A DNA stretch of 64,000 nucleotides from Candidatus Bathyarchaeota archaeon (GCA_963720565.1 CAVRFW010000009.1:160001-224000), one strand, 5' to 3'. Shown: positions 1 through 9,893, counted from the stretch's first letter. Made by a program: numbers and translations. Notes: a model not told the origin generated them from the sequence alone.

Positions 1-184
1 TCGGGTACATCATGAAGAACAAGAGTACGCCGATCGGAATAGACAGGTTGGCAAATTTGAGGGAATCCATGAATTCGCCAAACGCAGGGAGAAACCTTCC
101 GACAAGCAAACCAACAATAATGCATATCGCGATCCATAATGTCAAGTATTTCTCCCATATGCCGAGAGAAAGTTCTTGTTTCAC
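1..184 (-). CDS. acr3: ACR3-family arsenite efflux transporter, N-terminal part (runs off the window edge)
   Basis: Own minus-strand translation: (V)KQELSLGIWEKYLTLWIAICIIVGLLVGRFLP...LSIPIGVLLFFMMYP. This has the EKYLTLW and MMYP motifs of Acr3 and lies downstream of arsR. The GTG start is uncertain. Confidence 0.85.
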   Translation of the reverse strand, partial: MKQELSLGIWEKYLTLWIAICIIVGLLVGRFLPAFGEFMDSLKFANLSIPIGVLLFFMMYP

Positions 185-246
185 GTGTTCAGTATGTTCT
201 TTTTCTGGTTTCCATTTTCTCGACTTCCAATTTGGCGAAATGCTTA

Positions 247-405
247 CTACATTGTTCCTGTTATTGCGTCCGCTTTTAATCGGAGAAAATCCATCGCGTC
301 TTCGTAGTCTAAGCAGGAATCTCCTGTTTTCTCAGGGTCTTTGAGGTTGCAATGTCCATTTTTCCAATTTATGCAGTTTTTGTGCTCACATAGAGGGTAA
401 TTCAA
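247..405 (-). CDS. Small 4-Cys protein (52 aa, DUF1540-like spacing), not in the ORF track
   Basis: TTG start preceded by GAGAGG. MNYPLCEHKNCINWKNGHCNLKDPEKTGDSCLDYEDAMDFLRLKADAITGTM*. Co-oriented between arsR and acr3. Confidence 0.65.
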   Translation of the reverse strand: MNYPLCEHKNCINWKNGHCNLKDPEKTGDSCLDYEDAMDFLRLKADAITGTM

Positions 406-444
406 TAGCCTACGCCTCTCATGCTTCTGTTTCTCTATTCAGGT

Positions 445-756
445 TTACATGATCTGTTCGAGCATCTTTGCCCTAAATGTATTAATGAACTCGGGATTTG
501 CATCATCGACAACTTTGAATATGCTTTGGTCTGTTACTGAGTACAGTCTTCTGTTTCCATCTTTTCTATCTCGGAGTATTCCACTTTCTTTGAGGATTTT
601 TAGGTGACGAGATACCACTGGCTGAATAAGCTTCACGTGCGGGATTATTTCGCACACGCATTTCTCTCCGTCACGCAGAAAATCTAGTATGTTAAGCCTT
701 ACTGGATCTGACAGAGCTTTGAAGATTTTGGCCTTGAACTTGTTGTTTTTCTCCAT
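445..756 (-). CDS. arsR: ArsR/SmtB-family metalloregulator
   Basis: FKALSDPVRLNIL, EKCVCEI metal-binding box, VSRHLKILKESG helix-turn-helix; upstream of acr3. Confidence 0.92.
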   Translation of the reverse strand: MEKNNKFKAKIFKALSDPVRLNILDFLRDGEKCVCEIIPHVKLIQPVVSRHLKILKESGILRDRKDGNRRLYSVTDQSIFKVVDDANPEFINTFRAKMLEQIM

Positions 757-789
757 TTGCGGGACACTAACAAAGAGTAAGACGCGGAA

Positions 790-803
790 AATATTTAAAT
801 ATT
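790..803. promoter_or_regulatory. Perfect palindrome over the arsR TATA region; possible ArsR operator
   Basis: AATATTTAAATATT about 35 nt upstream of the arsR start. AT-rich, so it may just be the TATA box. Confidence 0.3.
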
Positions 804-1002
804 GTTATGAAGCTATCGTTTAAAAACGCTACACCGCTCATTTTGTTATCCCCCAATTTCTTGTTGAATCCATCAGCCTGGTCATCTGAGTTGACGCGCA
901 CTAAACTTCCGAGAAGAAGAAAAACAAGAAGCCTTTGCATAAAACGCAGTTTTTCTTCTTTCAAATGAATGATGGCAAAAGCTGTCTCTGCAGACATTGA
1001 AT

Positions 1003-1026
1003 TGTTGATGGCTAGACACAGTCACA
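1003..1026. promoter_or_regulatory. 24-bp inverted-repeat site, copy 1
   Basis: TGTTGATGG-CTAGAC-ACAGTCACA, then TTATAA after 5 nt, upstream of the ferritin-like gene. Confidence 0.65.
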
Positions 1027-1087
1027 TATTCTTATAATCTATAGAAGACTAGTGTTTAGTTGAGGATTTTTAAGGAGTTGTGAAGAA

Positions 1088-2068
1088 TTGGTAGTTGAAA
1101 TATCTAAAGATTACTTTAGTTTGTTGAATCAAGCCGTATCGCGAGAATTTCAGGTCTCAACCCAATACATACTGCAGCACGCCAAAATGGAGAAGTTGAT
1201 TCGTAGGTGCATCCCCGAGAATATTCTCATGGACAAGACAACCTACGATGCAGTCGGGAAATTTCTAAAGGAATTTGCAATTCATGAAATGAAACATGCA
1301 GCCGCCATTATGGAACGAATATATTATTTGGGCGGAGATGCAACCACCTATTCGGATAAACCAAACATCGGAGATTCATTGAGCACGTTCGCTAAAAACG
1401 GTTTGAAAGCTGAAGAGGAAGCGCTGGCGCTCTACCGCAAAATAATCGAGGAATCGGGCAAAATCGGAGACTGGGAGACTCGAGAGCTATTCGAGAAAAT
1501 TTACGGAGAAGAAGAAAAACACCTTTTCAAGTTCCAAGAATACGTCAACATACAAGACGAAGCGGAAGGACCATCCAAGGTACCGATTTCGGAATGGCGA
1601 AAGATATTCACCGACGACTACTATACTCTGTTAAACAAGGCTGTGCAAGCTGAGATCTCAGCAATTATTCAATATATAGTGCAACATGAAAAAGCAAGTT
1701 TACTTGCTCTAAGAGAGAAAAGCACAGCGCTCGAAGTGATTACTGAGTCTAACAAGCCCAGCGTAGTGAGCAAAATGCTGAAAGAAATTTTCCTGATTGA
1801 GATGGAGCACCTTGAGAAAATTGCTGAGAGGATATACTTGATTGAGGGCGAAGCAGTTCTTACACCTGAACCGATACCGCAAATTGGCGCAGACGCAGAC
1901 GACTTCCTAAAACTGGATCACGAAGCTGAGAACTACGCCGTCGTGCTCTATCGGAAAATCATTGCTGAAGCTCTGAAAATAGGTGACACCAAGACAAGGC
2001 GTATGTTCGAAGACATCGTCATTCAAGAAGAAGAGCACTACTGGAGATTCGACGACTACCTAAGATAA
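1088..2068 (+). CDS. Tandem two-domain bacterioferritin/ferritin-like protein
   Basis: Two repeats, each with E..QY..QH, EM(K/E)H...ERIY and EE..H di-iron motifs. Confidence 0.85.
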   Translation: MVVEISKDYFSLLNQAVSREFQVSTQYILQHAKMEKLIRRCIPENILMDKTTYDAVGKFLKEFAIHEMKHAAAIMERIYYLGGDATTYSDKPNIGDSLSTFAKNGLKAEEEALALYRKIIEESGKIGDWETRELFEKIYGEEEKHLFKFQEYVNIQDEAEGPSKVPISEWRKIFTDDYYTLLNKAVQAEISAIIQYIVQHEKASLLALREKSTALEVITESNKPSVVSKMLKEIFLIEMEHLEKIAERIYLIEGEAVLTPEPIPQIGADADDFLKLDHEAENYAVVLYRKIIAEALKIGDTKTRRMFEDIVIQEEEHYWRFDDYLR

Positions 2069-2195
2069 GCAGATTCTCTTGTCCAAAGACAAGGATAGCC
2101 TCAGAATACTTGAAATCACATTGTCAAAGAAAGAGCCTAAAGGAATCAAGAAACTCGCAATTACATAGAATTCAACTGTGAGGTCGGTTTCTTTG

Positions 2196-2585
2196 TTATT
2201 CTATGTTTTCTCTTTTGTTCTTAATTTTTTCTTTAATAAGAATCAATAAATCCTCTGGTCTTACCGGTTTTACCAAATAAGCGTCTGCTCCCACGTCTAA
2301 AGACTTTATGCCCGTCTCCAATGTAGGAAAACCTGTGATTATGATTTTTACGGCGTCGGGAAGGCTTTTCTGGAGTTTAGGTAACAAGTCGGTTCCATCC
2401 ATGTCTGGGAGCCTAACATCGATAAGCGTCGCGTCATATTTTCCCACTTCAGCCTTCTCTAAGGCTTCTTTCCCAGTCTCTGCAATATCTACTTCGTAAT
2501 CATCTTTCTTTAGAATAAGTGTGAAAGTCCTCAAGACAGACTTATCGTCATCTATGACGAGAATCTTCTTCTTACTCGCATTCAT
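2196..2585 (-). CDS. Stand-alone response regulator receiver
   Basis: ILVIDDD, phosphoacceptor D in LIDVRLPDMDG, ITG, YLVKP. Confidence 0.92.
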   Translation of the reverse strand: MNASKKKILVIDDDKSVLRTFTLILKKDDYEVDIAETGKEALEKAEVGKYDATLIDVRLPDMDGTDLLPKLQKSLPDAVKIIITGFPTLETGIKSLDVGADAYLVKPVRPEDLLILIKEKIKNKRENIE

Positions 2586-2671
2586 TTTCTAAACTTCCAG
2601 TCAGAGCTTAATTGTTCCGTTTTCCAAGCCCATGAACTGAACAAATAAACCGAGCTACCTTAATATGGATT

Positions 2672-2695
2672 TGCAGTTGTGTTTACACTACAACA
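2672..2695. promoter_or_regulatory. 24-bp inverted-repeat site, copy 2
   Basis: TGCAGTTGT-GTTTAC-ACTACAACA. On the minus strand ATATTAAG follows after 5 nt, upstream of the receiver gene. Confidence 0.6.
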
Positions 2696-2877
2696 ACCAC
2701 GGTTTGCTTCTGTTTTCAGGGGTCTTCAATTTCGAAACCCTGTGTCTTATGCTGCTTCCATATTGGTCTATGGTCAGTTAGGACTTCCAAGACTAACTAA
2801 CTAGCTAACTTGAGGTTGCGTATCCATTAGGCCGCAATTATGCTTCATTTTATAAACACCTATGAACAAAATAGTGT

Positions 2878-4572
2878 TTGCTTCGAGCTTCTGCACTTAA
2901 TCTTCGGAGAAATATAAACGTGAGTGGAAATGATATAATTCAGTTTTTACGGAACCTTGGTTTATCTAAAAGAGAAACAGACGTCTACCTATTCCTTGCA
3001 AAGAGCGGAGTCGCGTCAACAAGCTTCGTCGCCAAGAGACTCAAGATAGAACGAGTCCAAGCTTACCGTATATTCAAGAAAATGCAGGATAAAGGCTTCA
3101 TCGCAACAACATTAGAAAGGCCAACTCGTTTTACTGCCGTTCCTTTCGAGGAGCTTCTAGAGTCCTTTATTAGCACCAAGAAGACCGAAGTCCAAAATCT
3201 TGTTGACCAGAAGGAGAATCTAACTGCATCTTGGCGGGCAAGCAGTGCCCCCGAATCTGAGCAAATGATTGCAAAATTCTCCATAATCACTGGCAAGAAG
3301 AAAATTCATACAAAAATGTTGAACATGATTCATGAATCAAAAGAAGACATCTTGGTCTTAACGACGAGCACGGACTTTGTGCAAGAGGACATTGCCGGAA
3401 TTTTTGACGAGATACTACGCGCCGCTCAGAAGCGCAACATAAAATTCAAGATTATTGCAGACATCTCACCAGAAAATCTCAAAACCGCTGAGAGCATAAA
3501 CAAGAAAACGTCTGCGACGAAGCTGAATGTGGAATTTCGGCATGTAGATTTGAGTTCCAGGTTTTTCCCTTGCTTCCTAATTAAAGATGAAGAAGAAGCC
3601 ATTCTACATGGATCATTCAGCAACGAGTCGTCCCTATTAGACCTAGAGGATAGCGGTCTCTGGATATATGACAAGATGTTTGTTTCAGTCTTGAAAGGTT
3701 TCTTCGTTCAGCTATGGCAGAAAGCGGTAGATGCCAAAAGCCGCATACAGGCGTTGAAAACAGGAATACCGCTTGGGGAGACCTTTGTTATTAGGGACCA
3801 TGAAGAGGCTTTGGCTAAAATCGATGACGTATTGGGGACTGCAAAAGAAGATGTGATTGCAATTACTTCGTCCGAAGGCATAAACAGACTTTTGGAAAAC
3901 GATCCTTTCATGAAATACCGGAAGAAAGACTTGAGATTTCGCATTATGTCATCGATTGATTTGGATAACCTTGAAACTGCGAAGAAACTCGTGGCTGCTT
4001 ATCAAATAAAGCATGTTCCAGTTAACTATTTGTCAATGATTATTGTCGATAAAAAAGCTCTCTTCATGTTCAAAAGCCTACCTCTAGAGGGAAGTAGCTT
4101 TGGAGCACCATTCTATTTGGATGACACGTTCTACACGGATGACCCCCATACGGTTGAAAGGGCTGACGAAATGCTCAATGACATGTGGAGGAGAGGCGTA
4201 GAAATCTCGGAATTAGACTCACAGGCAGGCATCAATCTACCCACGGTTGATGTTGCGAGTGAAGAGAAAGTATCGGAGCTGATTAATGTAATGCTTCAAA
4301 ACAATGTTGACACTGCCCTCGTAACAGAGAACCGCAAGCCGATTGGAATAGTGACTCAGCGAGACATTCTTAGAGAGATGGCTAAACCTCAAATTGATCC
4401 AAGGAAAACCCTGATAAAAGATTTGAACTACACTCCGTTGATAGAGATGGAAAACAACGAATCCCTATCGAAAACTATGAAAAACATGCGCAAAGAAGGA
4501 TTAACCCGAATAGCGTTGGTTAAGAATGGTCAGCTAGTTGGAATGCTAAATGAAAACTTGGGAAAAAAATAA
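2878..4572 (+). CDS. TrmB-family transcriptional regulator with two effector-type domains and a C-terminal CBS pair
   Basis: LGLSKRETDVYLFL...KGFIATTLERPTRFTAVP TrmB HTH; C-terminal PIGIVTQRDIL and LVGMLN CBS motifs. Real start may be GTG 2920. Confidence 0.85.
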   Translation: MLRASALNLRRNINVSGNDIIQFLRNLGLSKRETDVYLFLAKSGVASTSFVAKRLKIERVQAYRIFKKMQDKGFIATTLERPTRFTAVPFEELLESFISTKKTEVQNLVDQKENLTASWRASSAPESEQMIAKFSIITGKKKIHTKMLNMIHESKEDILVLTTSTDFVQEDIAGIFDEILRAAQKRNIKFKIIADISPENLKTAESINKKTSATKLNVEFRHVDLSSRFFPCFLIKDEEEAILHGSFSNESSLLDLEDSGLWIYDKMFVSVLKGFFVQLWQKAVDAKSRIQALKTGIPLGETFVIRDHEEALAKIDDVLGTAKEDVIAITSSEGINRLLENDPFMKYRKKDLRFRIMSSIDLDNLETAKKLVAAYQIKHVPVNYLSMIIVDKKALFMFKSLPLEGSSFGAPFYLDDTFYTDDPHTVERADEMLNDMWRRGVEISELDSQAGINLPTVDVASEEKVSELINVMLQNNVDTALVTENRKPIGIVTQRDILREMAKPQIDPRKTLIKDLNYTPLIEMENNESLSKTMKNMRKEGLTRIALVKNGQLVGMLNENLGKK

Positions 4573-4648
4573 ACAAACTGCTGAAAACGTGTCCGTTTTC
4601 GCATTTCCTGTTTCTGCCATGTAACGAGAGAAACGGCATTCAAAAATG

Positions 4649-7600
4649 TTAACTTTGAACGTTTGAAGGAGGTTTTGCGATGAACCGCAACCTAAACTTT
4701 GTACCCCTGCCTTTTTCACTTTCAAATGTAACGGTTCCGTTTAACGCCTCAGTTAAGCGCTTGACGACAGCTAGACCAAACCCTTGTCCTCTGGATTTGG
4801 TGGTGAACAGTGGCTGGAATAGCTTTGACTTCACTTCGTCAGGAATGCCCTCTCCTGTATCCTCGACCGTTATCACCGTGTCACTGTTGTCTCTATAGGC
4901 ATGCAATCTTAGTTTTCCACCTTTAGGCATAGCTTGCACGGCATTTGTGATTAGGTTACCGAGGATACGTTTAATGTAAGCAGAATCGGCTATGATTGTT
5001 CGTGAATCGTCGCTAACGTTGGCCTCGGTTTGGATGTTATCTGGCAGACCATTTGTGGCCAACAGTTCGGCAATGATGAGTTCTAGGTCAACTTCTTCAG
5101 ACATCGGCTTGAGGGGTTTGGCAAAGTCTTGAAGGTCCATTATGATTTTGTTAATGTACTCTGTTTGATTCTGGATGGCATCAAGGCTTTCTCTCAGATT
5201 TTTCTTCTCTTCACCTTCTGAGAAAGAATCTATACTCATTTTCGCCAGATAGACATCTCCGATTATAGCTTGCAACGGGTTGCGAATATCATGACCAACC
5301 ATTCCTGCAGTTTGACCAATAACGGCTAACCGTTGAGCATTCTTGCGCTCGGTAACATCTAAATTCGACTCGAAGATCTCGACCATTTGGCCATTCTCGT
5401 CAAATTTGGCTAGCCAGTAGCTTTGAACTACAATAGTGCGTCCGAAGCTTGTTTGGTGAGTAAGCTCTCCTGACCATTTGCCCTCACGTTTGAGTTGGCT
5501 TTCTATTTTGTCAAATGGTACTATAGAACTGGTTTTAAGAAGCGTATTAAGCTTTTTTCCGATGGCCTGAGCCTTGGTCCACCCGTATAGTTTTTCAGCG
5601 CCCATGCTCCAAAATGTGATAGTTCCTTCCGGCTTCTTTATAATAATGCCGTCAGGGCTGAGGTCGAGAAGAGCAGCTTGTTTGCGGAGTATTTCCTCAT
5701 TCTTAAGGCGTTCCGTGATGTCTCTCGCAGCTGCAAATACGCCGCTAATTTCGCCAGTTTCGCTTCTAAAGACTGTAGCATTATAGAGCACATCTGTGAT
5801 TCTTCCTGCCTTGTGCTTAATCGCTAGAGGATAATCTTTGACAAACCCCTTGGTGAAAACTTCTTGGTATCCTTGTCGTGCCATTTCAGGTTGAGTGAAA
5901 TAATTCGAAAAGTCGCTACCAATCAACTGTGTTCGATTGTAACCTGTCACTTTTTCTGTGGCTTCATTAACATCTGTGATTTTTCCGTTCGCGCTGATCG
6001 TAACTAGGGGATCAAGACTTGCCTCGATGAGATTTCTAGCGTAAAAAGCGGCAGCGTGTGCCTTTTCGCTTTCGCGTTTTTCGTATTCTGCCTTTTTGCG
6101 TTGGGTGATATCTGTGCAGATTCCGGTCATTCGAATCGGCCGGTCTTGATCGTCGTATTCACCCTGTCCAAGGGCACTAATCCACACTATTTTGCCGTCC
6201 GGACGCACAATTCTATATTCATTATCGAGAAAAGAATGCATTTTCAATGCTTGATTTACCTTAAAATTAGCTGTCTCCCGGTCCTCTGGATAAATGACAG
6301 AATTCCAACTTTCAAACGAAGCTATATCTTTCTGTGGGTTAAGGCCAAACAATCTAAACATTTCAAGTGTCCATTCGATTTTGCCAGTTTTGAAATCCCA
6401 GTCCCAGACTCCAACTCCGGCGGCACGTTGCGCCATTTCGAATCGCACATTTAGACGGTGAATTGCTTCTTCAGCGCCTTTGCGTTTCGTGATATCTTCA
6501 CCGTAAATATTGACGTATTTTTCTTCGGGGAACGGTACCACGAGCAACGAATGCGTCTGGTCTCCCAGCAAAACCTCAAACTTGGTTTTTTCATTTAATC
6601 TCAACGCATCAGCAATAACTAGGCTTATGTGACTAGGCGCGCGCTCACCGACTTTGCAGTTCCATTCTGTCAGCAAAGGCTTCCCGGGAGGATTGCAGTA
6701 CAATATTGTGCCATTTCCATCGATGCGGATTACGGTATTTGGGTTTTCAGCGGGAAACTTCGCCAGCCCACGGATTTCCTGCTCAGCTACCTTTCTTTCA
6801 GTAATGTCAAAACTTACACCTATCATGCGAACCGCTTTGCCCCTTTCATCCGAGACAGTTCTGGCCAACGCCCTAATCCACCTCAACCCCTTCGACGGAC
6901 TTACTATGCGGAATTCCTTTGTCCATGGAGCAGCAGCGTTTTGCATCGAGTTAAGAACAGACTCTTCTAATTTCTCTCGATCTTCTGGATGAACGAGCAA
7001 CAGCCAATCTTCAAGAGTAATGACCGTCCTGGGATCAATTCCATAGAGTTCATAGTTTTCCACAGACCACACCTGGGTGTGTTCAAGCAAATCCAAATCC
7101 CAGGTTGCTCCTCCCACGGCCTTCAGTGCCAAAGAAAGTCTTTCGACTACCTCTTTAATTTTAGCTTCATTTTCCTTTCGTTTTGTAACGTCATGTAAGA
7201 AGACAAAGAGTCTTCCTTGCCCGTCATCAGTGTGACTGACAGTTACTTCAAAACTACGAGTTGAACCGTCTTTGCAATGGTGTTCGGTCTCAAACCGATC
7301 ATATCCGCGTTTGACTACTTCAGACATATGACGCGATATTTCCTCAGGTGTTTCTTTTGCCTCCACTTCCCGAACATTCATCTGAAGCAGTTCATCTCGA
7401 CTATAGCCAATCAACTCCGAATAAGACGTGTTAACATCAAGAAAACGGCCTTCCCGATCCAAAACCCAGAAACCATCAATAGACGTCTGAACAGTATTCC
7501 TGTAGAGCGTTTCAGTCGCTTTTCGCTGTACCGCGTCCTCAACCACAACCCACTCTCTTCCCTTCTTCACAAGAGTGCCTACATGGTTTCTAACAACGTC

Positions 7601-8143
7601 AACAACATCGTTTCCACTGCATTTGCCCAGGCAGTAAGTACAAAGAGCAATCATGCGTCGAGAAAGGATTCTGTCATTGATTGCCGCCTCATATTCCGTG
7701 AAGTCTTTCCAAAGACTCTTCTCAACCCAAAAAGTGTTTCCTGAAAGACGCAAACCATCAAAACCACGACGAATAGCGGATTTTTCCTTGTCAATCCAAG
7801 CTTCCAATACTCGGTTAGAGTCAAACCGATTTTCTTTTAGATACCAATTCTCATACGAAATTATCTCAATCTGCCCTTTCCTAAAATAATCGTCCAACTC
7901 GGGAACAGCTTTGCCCAGTTCCTCTCTCGCCTTGTCAGCGTCAAGAGGCGGAGAGGTGATCCACATGCAAAACTCATTATTCCGCAAACCTTCAGAAAAA
8001 TACGGAATCAGAATCTCAACCAGGTCTTCCATGGTGTCATAAAACTGGCAAAGATGTGTACCCCATGGAATACCTCCGACAATATCCAATCCAAACTTTC
8101 GAACAGAAGTCTCTTCTTGTTTCACTGTTCCCTTATTCCCCAT
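4649..8143 (-). CDS. MEDS + multi-PAS/PAC sensor histidine kinase
   Basis: N-terminal PWGTHLCQFY...GLRLSGN MEDS domain, several PAS/PAC repeats, H-box GHDIRNPL, N-box NLITNAVQA, G-boxes DTGEGI and GQGFGL. Start placed at ATG 8143 (the ORF track extends to 8197). Confidence 0.92.
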   Translation of the reverse strand: MGNKGTVKQEETSVRKFGLDIVGGIPWGTHLCQFYDTMEDLVEILIPYFSEGLRNNEFCMWITSPPLDADKAREELGKAVPELDDYFRKGQIEIISYENWYLKENRFDSNRVLEAWIDKEKSAIRRGFDGLRLSGNTFWVEKSLWKDFTEYEAAINDRILSRRMIALCTYCLGKCSGNDVVDVVRNHVGTLVKKGREWVVVEDAVQRKATETLYRNTVQTSIDGFWVLDREGRFLDVNTSYSELIGYSRDELLQMNVREVEAKETPEEISRHMSEVVKRGYDRFETEHHCKDGSTRSFEVTVSHTDDGQGRLFVFLHDVTKRKENEAKIKEVVERLSLALKAVGGATWDLDLLEHTQVWSVENYELYGIDPRTVITLEDWLLLVHPEDREKLEESVLNSMQNAAAPWTKEFRIVSPSKGLRWIRALARTVSDERGKAVRMIGVSFDITERKVAEQEIRGLAKFPAENPNTVIRIDGNGTILYCNPPGKPLLTEWNCKVGERAPSHISLVIADALRLNEKTKFEVLLGDQTHSLLVVPFPEEKYVNIYGEDITKRKGAEEAIHRLNVRFEMAQRAAGVGVWDWDFKTGKIEWTLEMFRLFGLNPQKDIASFESWNSVIYPEDRETANFKVNQALKMHSFLDNEYRIVRPDGKIVWISALGQGEYDDQDRPIRMTGICTDITQRKKAEYEKRESEKAHAAAFYARNLIEASLDPLVTISANGKITDVNEATEKVTGYNRTQLIGSDFSNYFTQPEMARQGYQEVFTKGFVKDYPLAIKHKAGRITDVLYNATVFRSETGEISGVFAAARDITERLKNEEILRKQAALLDLSPDGIIIKKPEGTITFWSMGAEKLYGWTKAQAIGKKLNTLLKTSSIVPFDKIESQLKREGKWSGELTHQTSFGRTIVVQSYWLAKFDENGQMVEIFESNLDVTERKNAQRLAVIGQTAGMVGHDIRNPLQAIIGDVYLAKMSIDSFSEGEEKKNLRESLDAIQNQTEYINKIIMDLQDFAKPLKPMSEEVDLELIIAELLATNGLPDNIQTEANVSDDSRTIIADSAYIKRILGNLITNAVQAMPKGGKLRLHAYRDNSDTVITVEDTGEGIPDEVKSKLFQPLFTTKSRGQGFGLAVVKRLTEALNGTVTFESEKGRGTKFRLRFIAKPPSNVQS

Positions 8144-8340
8144 TAATATTACGCAGAATTTATTTAAAAACCTCGAGGACCCCGAGCATGAACTCACGTT
8201 CTCAACTATCGAGAAGAGAGTATCAAGTCGTCCGGAAAACTGAAATAAGTTTTCGATGTAACTATCGAAGACGAATTATCTTTCCGGGAGTGCCATCAGA
8301 CGTGGTCGAAGAAAAAAGTTGTAAGCATTTTCATTCCGTC

Positions 8341-8562
8341 TTAGTTTTTGGTCTTTAATCTCTTTTGTTTCGGAATTCTAAGCTTCTGCGAATTCTTGCT
8401 CGTGATAAACACAGATCCACCTCTTTCTAGGTGATTCCAAAGCCGCAGAAAATCGACTTCTTCACTCTCATGTAGCTCAACTTCTTGACTAGAGTCGTTG
8501 TACAAAAGCAACACCTGAAAAACTCGTTGTTTCAACAGCTTACTTTCAGCAACTTCTAACAT
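8341..8562 (-). CDS. Small hypothetical protein
   Basis: 73-aa ATG ORF in the signalling cluster, preceded by GAGG and by a copy of the 24-bp site. Confidence 0.65.
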   Translation of the reverse strand: MLEVAESKLLKQRVFQVLLLYNDSSQEVELHESEEVDFLRLWNHLERGGSVFITSKNSQKLRIPKQKRLKTKN

Positions 8563-8617
8563 ATTTTGCCTCTTCTTAGCTACTTGAGCATTATGCTACA
8601 AACTAAAGAAAAGACTA

Positions 8618-8641
8618 TGTGGTTGTCACACTACAACAACA
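8618..8641. promoter_or_regulatory. 24-bp inverted-repeat site, copy 3
   Basis: TGTGGTTGT-CACACT-ACAACAACA upstream of 8341..8562 (-). Confidence 0.65.
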
Positions 8642-8760
8642 ACTTCGCTTCGGCTAGCACGCCTTGCTTGGTCTATGAGCAGCTCTGGGAAAAAAAGCAA
8701 ACCCGTTCATACAAGAAGACTCCTAATACGGGTTTTTGGGTGGCCATTTTCTTTTTCCTT

Positions 8761-8784
8761 TGTGACTGCAAAGCCACAACAACG
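8761..8784. promoter_or_regulatory. 24-bp inverted-repeat site, copy 4
   Basis: TGTGACTGC-AAAGCC-ACAACAACG; no adjacent TATA identified. Confidence 0.55.
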
Positions 8785-8819
8785 TAACAGTGTGTCAGAT
8801 AAGTGTAACGCGGGTTAAA

Positions 8820-9221
8820 CTATGTTTTTTGGCTAACTGCTGCCAGTCTATCGCGTATTGTATCAAGTAGTTCTTTGGGTTGAACGGGCTTAACCAGATA
8901 GTCGTCTGCTCCGAAATCAGCCGCTTTCTTTCCCACTTCTTCAGTGGAGAAACCAGTAACGATAATTTTGACTGTTTCATGGCTGTCCGATGTAGTCAGG
9001 AGTTCTATCCCGTTTGAATCAGGGAGCTGGACGTCGAGCAATAGCACGTTGGGATTTTCTTTTTGTATTTTTTCAAGTGCTTCTTTTCCAGTTCCAGCTG
9101 TTTCAACCATATATCCTGCTCTCCCTAAGATATTACTAAATAAATCCCTTATTCTTGCGTCATCGTCCACGACTAAAATCCGTTTTCTTTCCTCACTCAT
9201 TTCGCTCATCTCAAATGCCAA
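8820..9221 (-). CDS. Stand-alone response regulator receiver
   Basis: ILVVDDD, LLDVQLPDSNG, VTG, YLVKP. Confidence 0.92.
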   Translation of the reverse strand: MAFEMSEMSEERKRILVVDDDARIRDLFSNILGRAGYMVETAGTGKEALEKIQKENPNVLLLDVQLPDSNGIELLTTSDSHETVKIIVTGFSTEEVGKKAADFGADDYLVKPVQPKELLDTIRDRLAAVSQKT

Positions 9222-9377
9222 AGGTGTGCCATAATGCAGCTTCTGATTCGGGGCATCTGCACAATTCTAAAGTATCGGCGAAAATTTCGTTGTGTCTTCT
9301 CTTGCTTGCAGTTGGAAAAGCTCTGATCAACTTTTGTTCCCACCCATAATACCAGGGCTACGCATTTTATATGACTG

Positions 9378-9401
9378 TGTGACTGTATCGTAGCTACAAC
9401 A
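9378..9401. promoter_or_regulatory. 24-bp inverted-repeat site, copy 5
   Basis: TGTGACTGT-ATCGTA-GCTACAACA. On the minus strand ATATAAAA follows after 5 nt. Confidence 0.65.
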
Positions 9402-9477
9402 TTGAACATGTTGTTTTGCAGTCGAATTTCTATACTTGGCCACGAATGGTTTGAGAAGTCCCCGCAGAAACGTAAAT

Positions 9478-9501
9478 TGTTGTTGCTCTGTTACAGTCAC
9501 A
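9478..9501. promoter_or_regulatory. 24-bp inverted-repeat site, copy 6
   Basis: TGTTGTTGC-TCTGTT-ACAGTCACA, then TTATGAA after 5 nt. Confidence 0.65.
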
Positions 9502-9556
9502 TTTATTTATGAACTACTTCGAGAAGAATAAGTTACGCGTCAGAGGTTTCTTCGTA

Positions 9557-9802
9557 ATGAGCAGCAGCAACATAGTTGAGAATTTTCCTAGAATTGTGAG
9601 CTACTGCAAGAAATTTAGAAGAAAAGACCAAATCATGACAGCAATGAATTTTAGCGATCTAGAGACCGAAGCCTACACAACAATTCTGATTCATCAAAGG
9701 TTGATTGAACATAATTTCAACAAATACCAAACGACAATGAAGGGAAATTCGTACCTGGATACTAGGACTAGAATAGAAGTTGCCCTGAGGAGACGGTTTT
9801 AA
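9557..9802 (+). CDS. Small archaeal winged-helix protein
   Basis: RKDQIMTAMNFS...LI...KYQTTMKG..YL pattern of small archaeal wHTH proteins. GAGGT precedes ATG 9557 (ORF track start 9509). Confidence 0.7.
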   Translation: MSSSNIVENFPRIVSYCKKFRRKDQIMTAMNFSDLETEAYTTILIHQRLIEHNFNKYQTTMKGNSYLDTRTRIEVALRRRF

Positions 9803-9893
9803 CGCGCGTCAAATTGCCAAAAAACTTTTTTTCAAGGGAAAAAACATGCGCAAAAGAAATCGGAATGGCGATGGGTTGGAGCCATAAAGCACA

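Noticed and set aside
4680..7889. Numerous antisense or nested ORFs in the six-frame track, here and throughout the window
   Set aside because: They overlap well-supported genes and show no recognisable motifs; treated as shadow ORFs.
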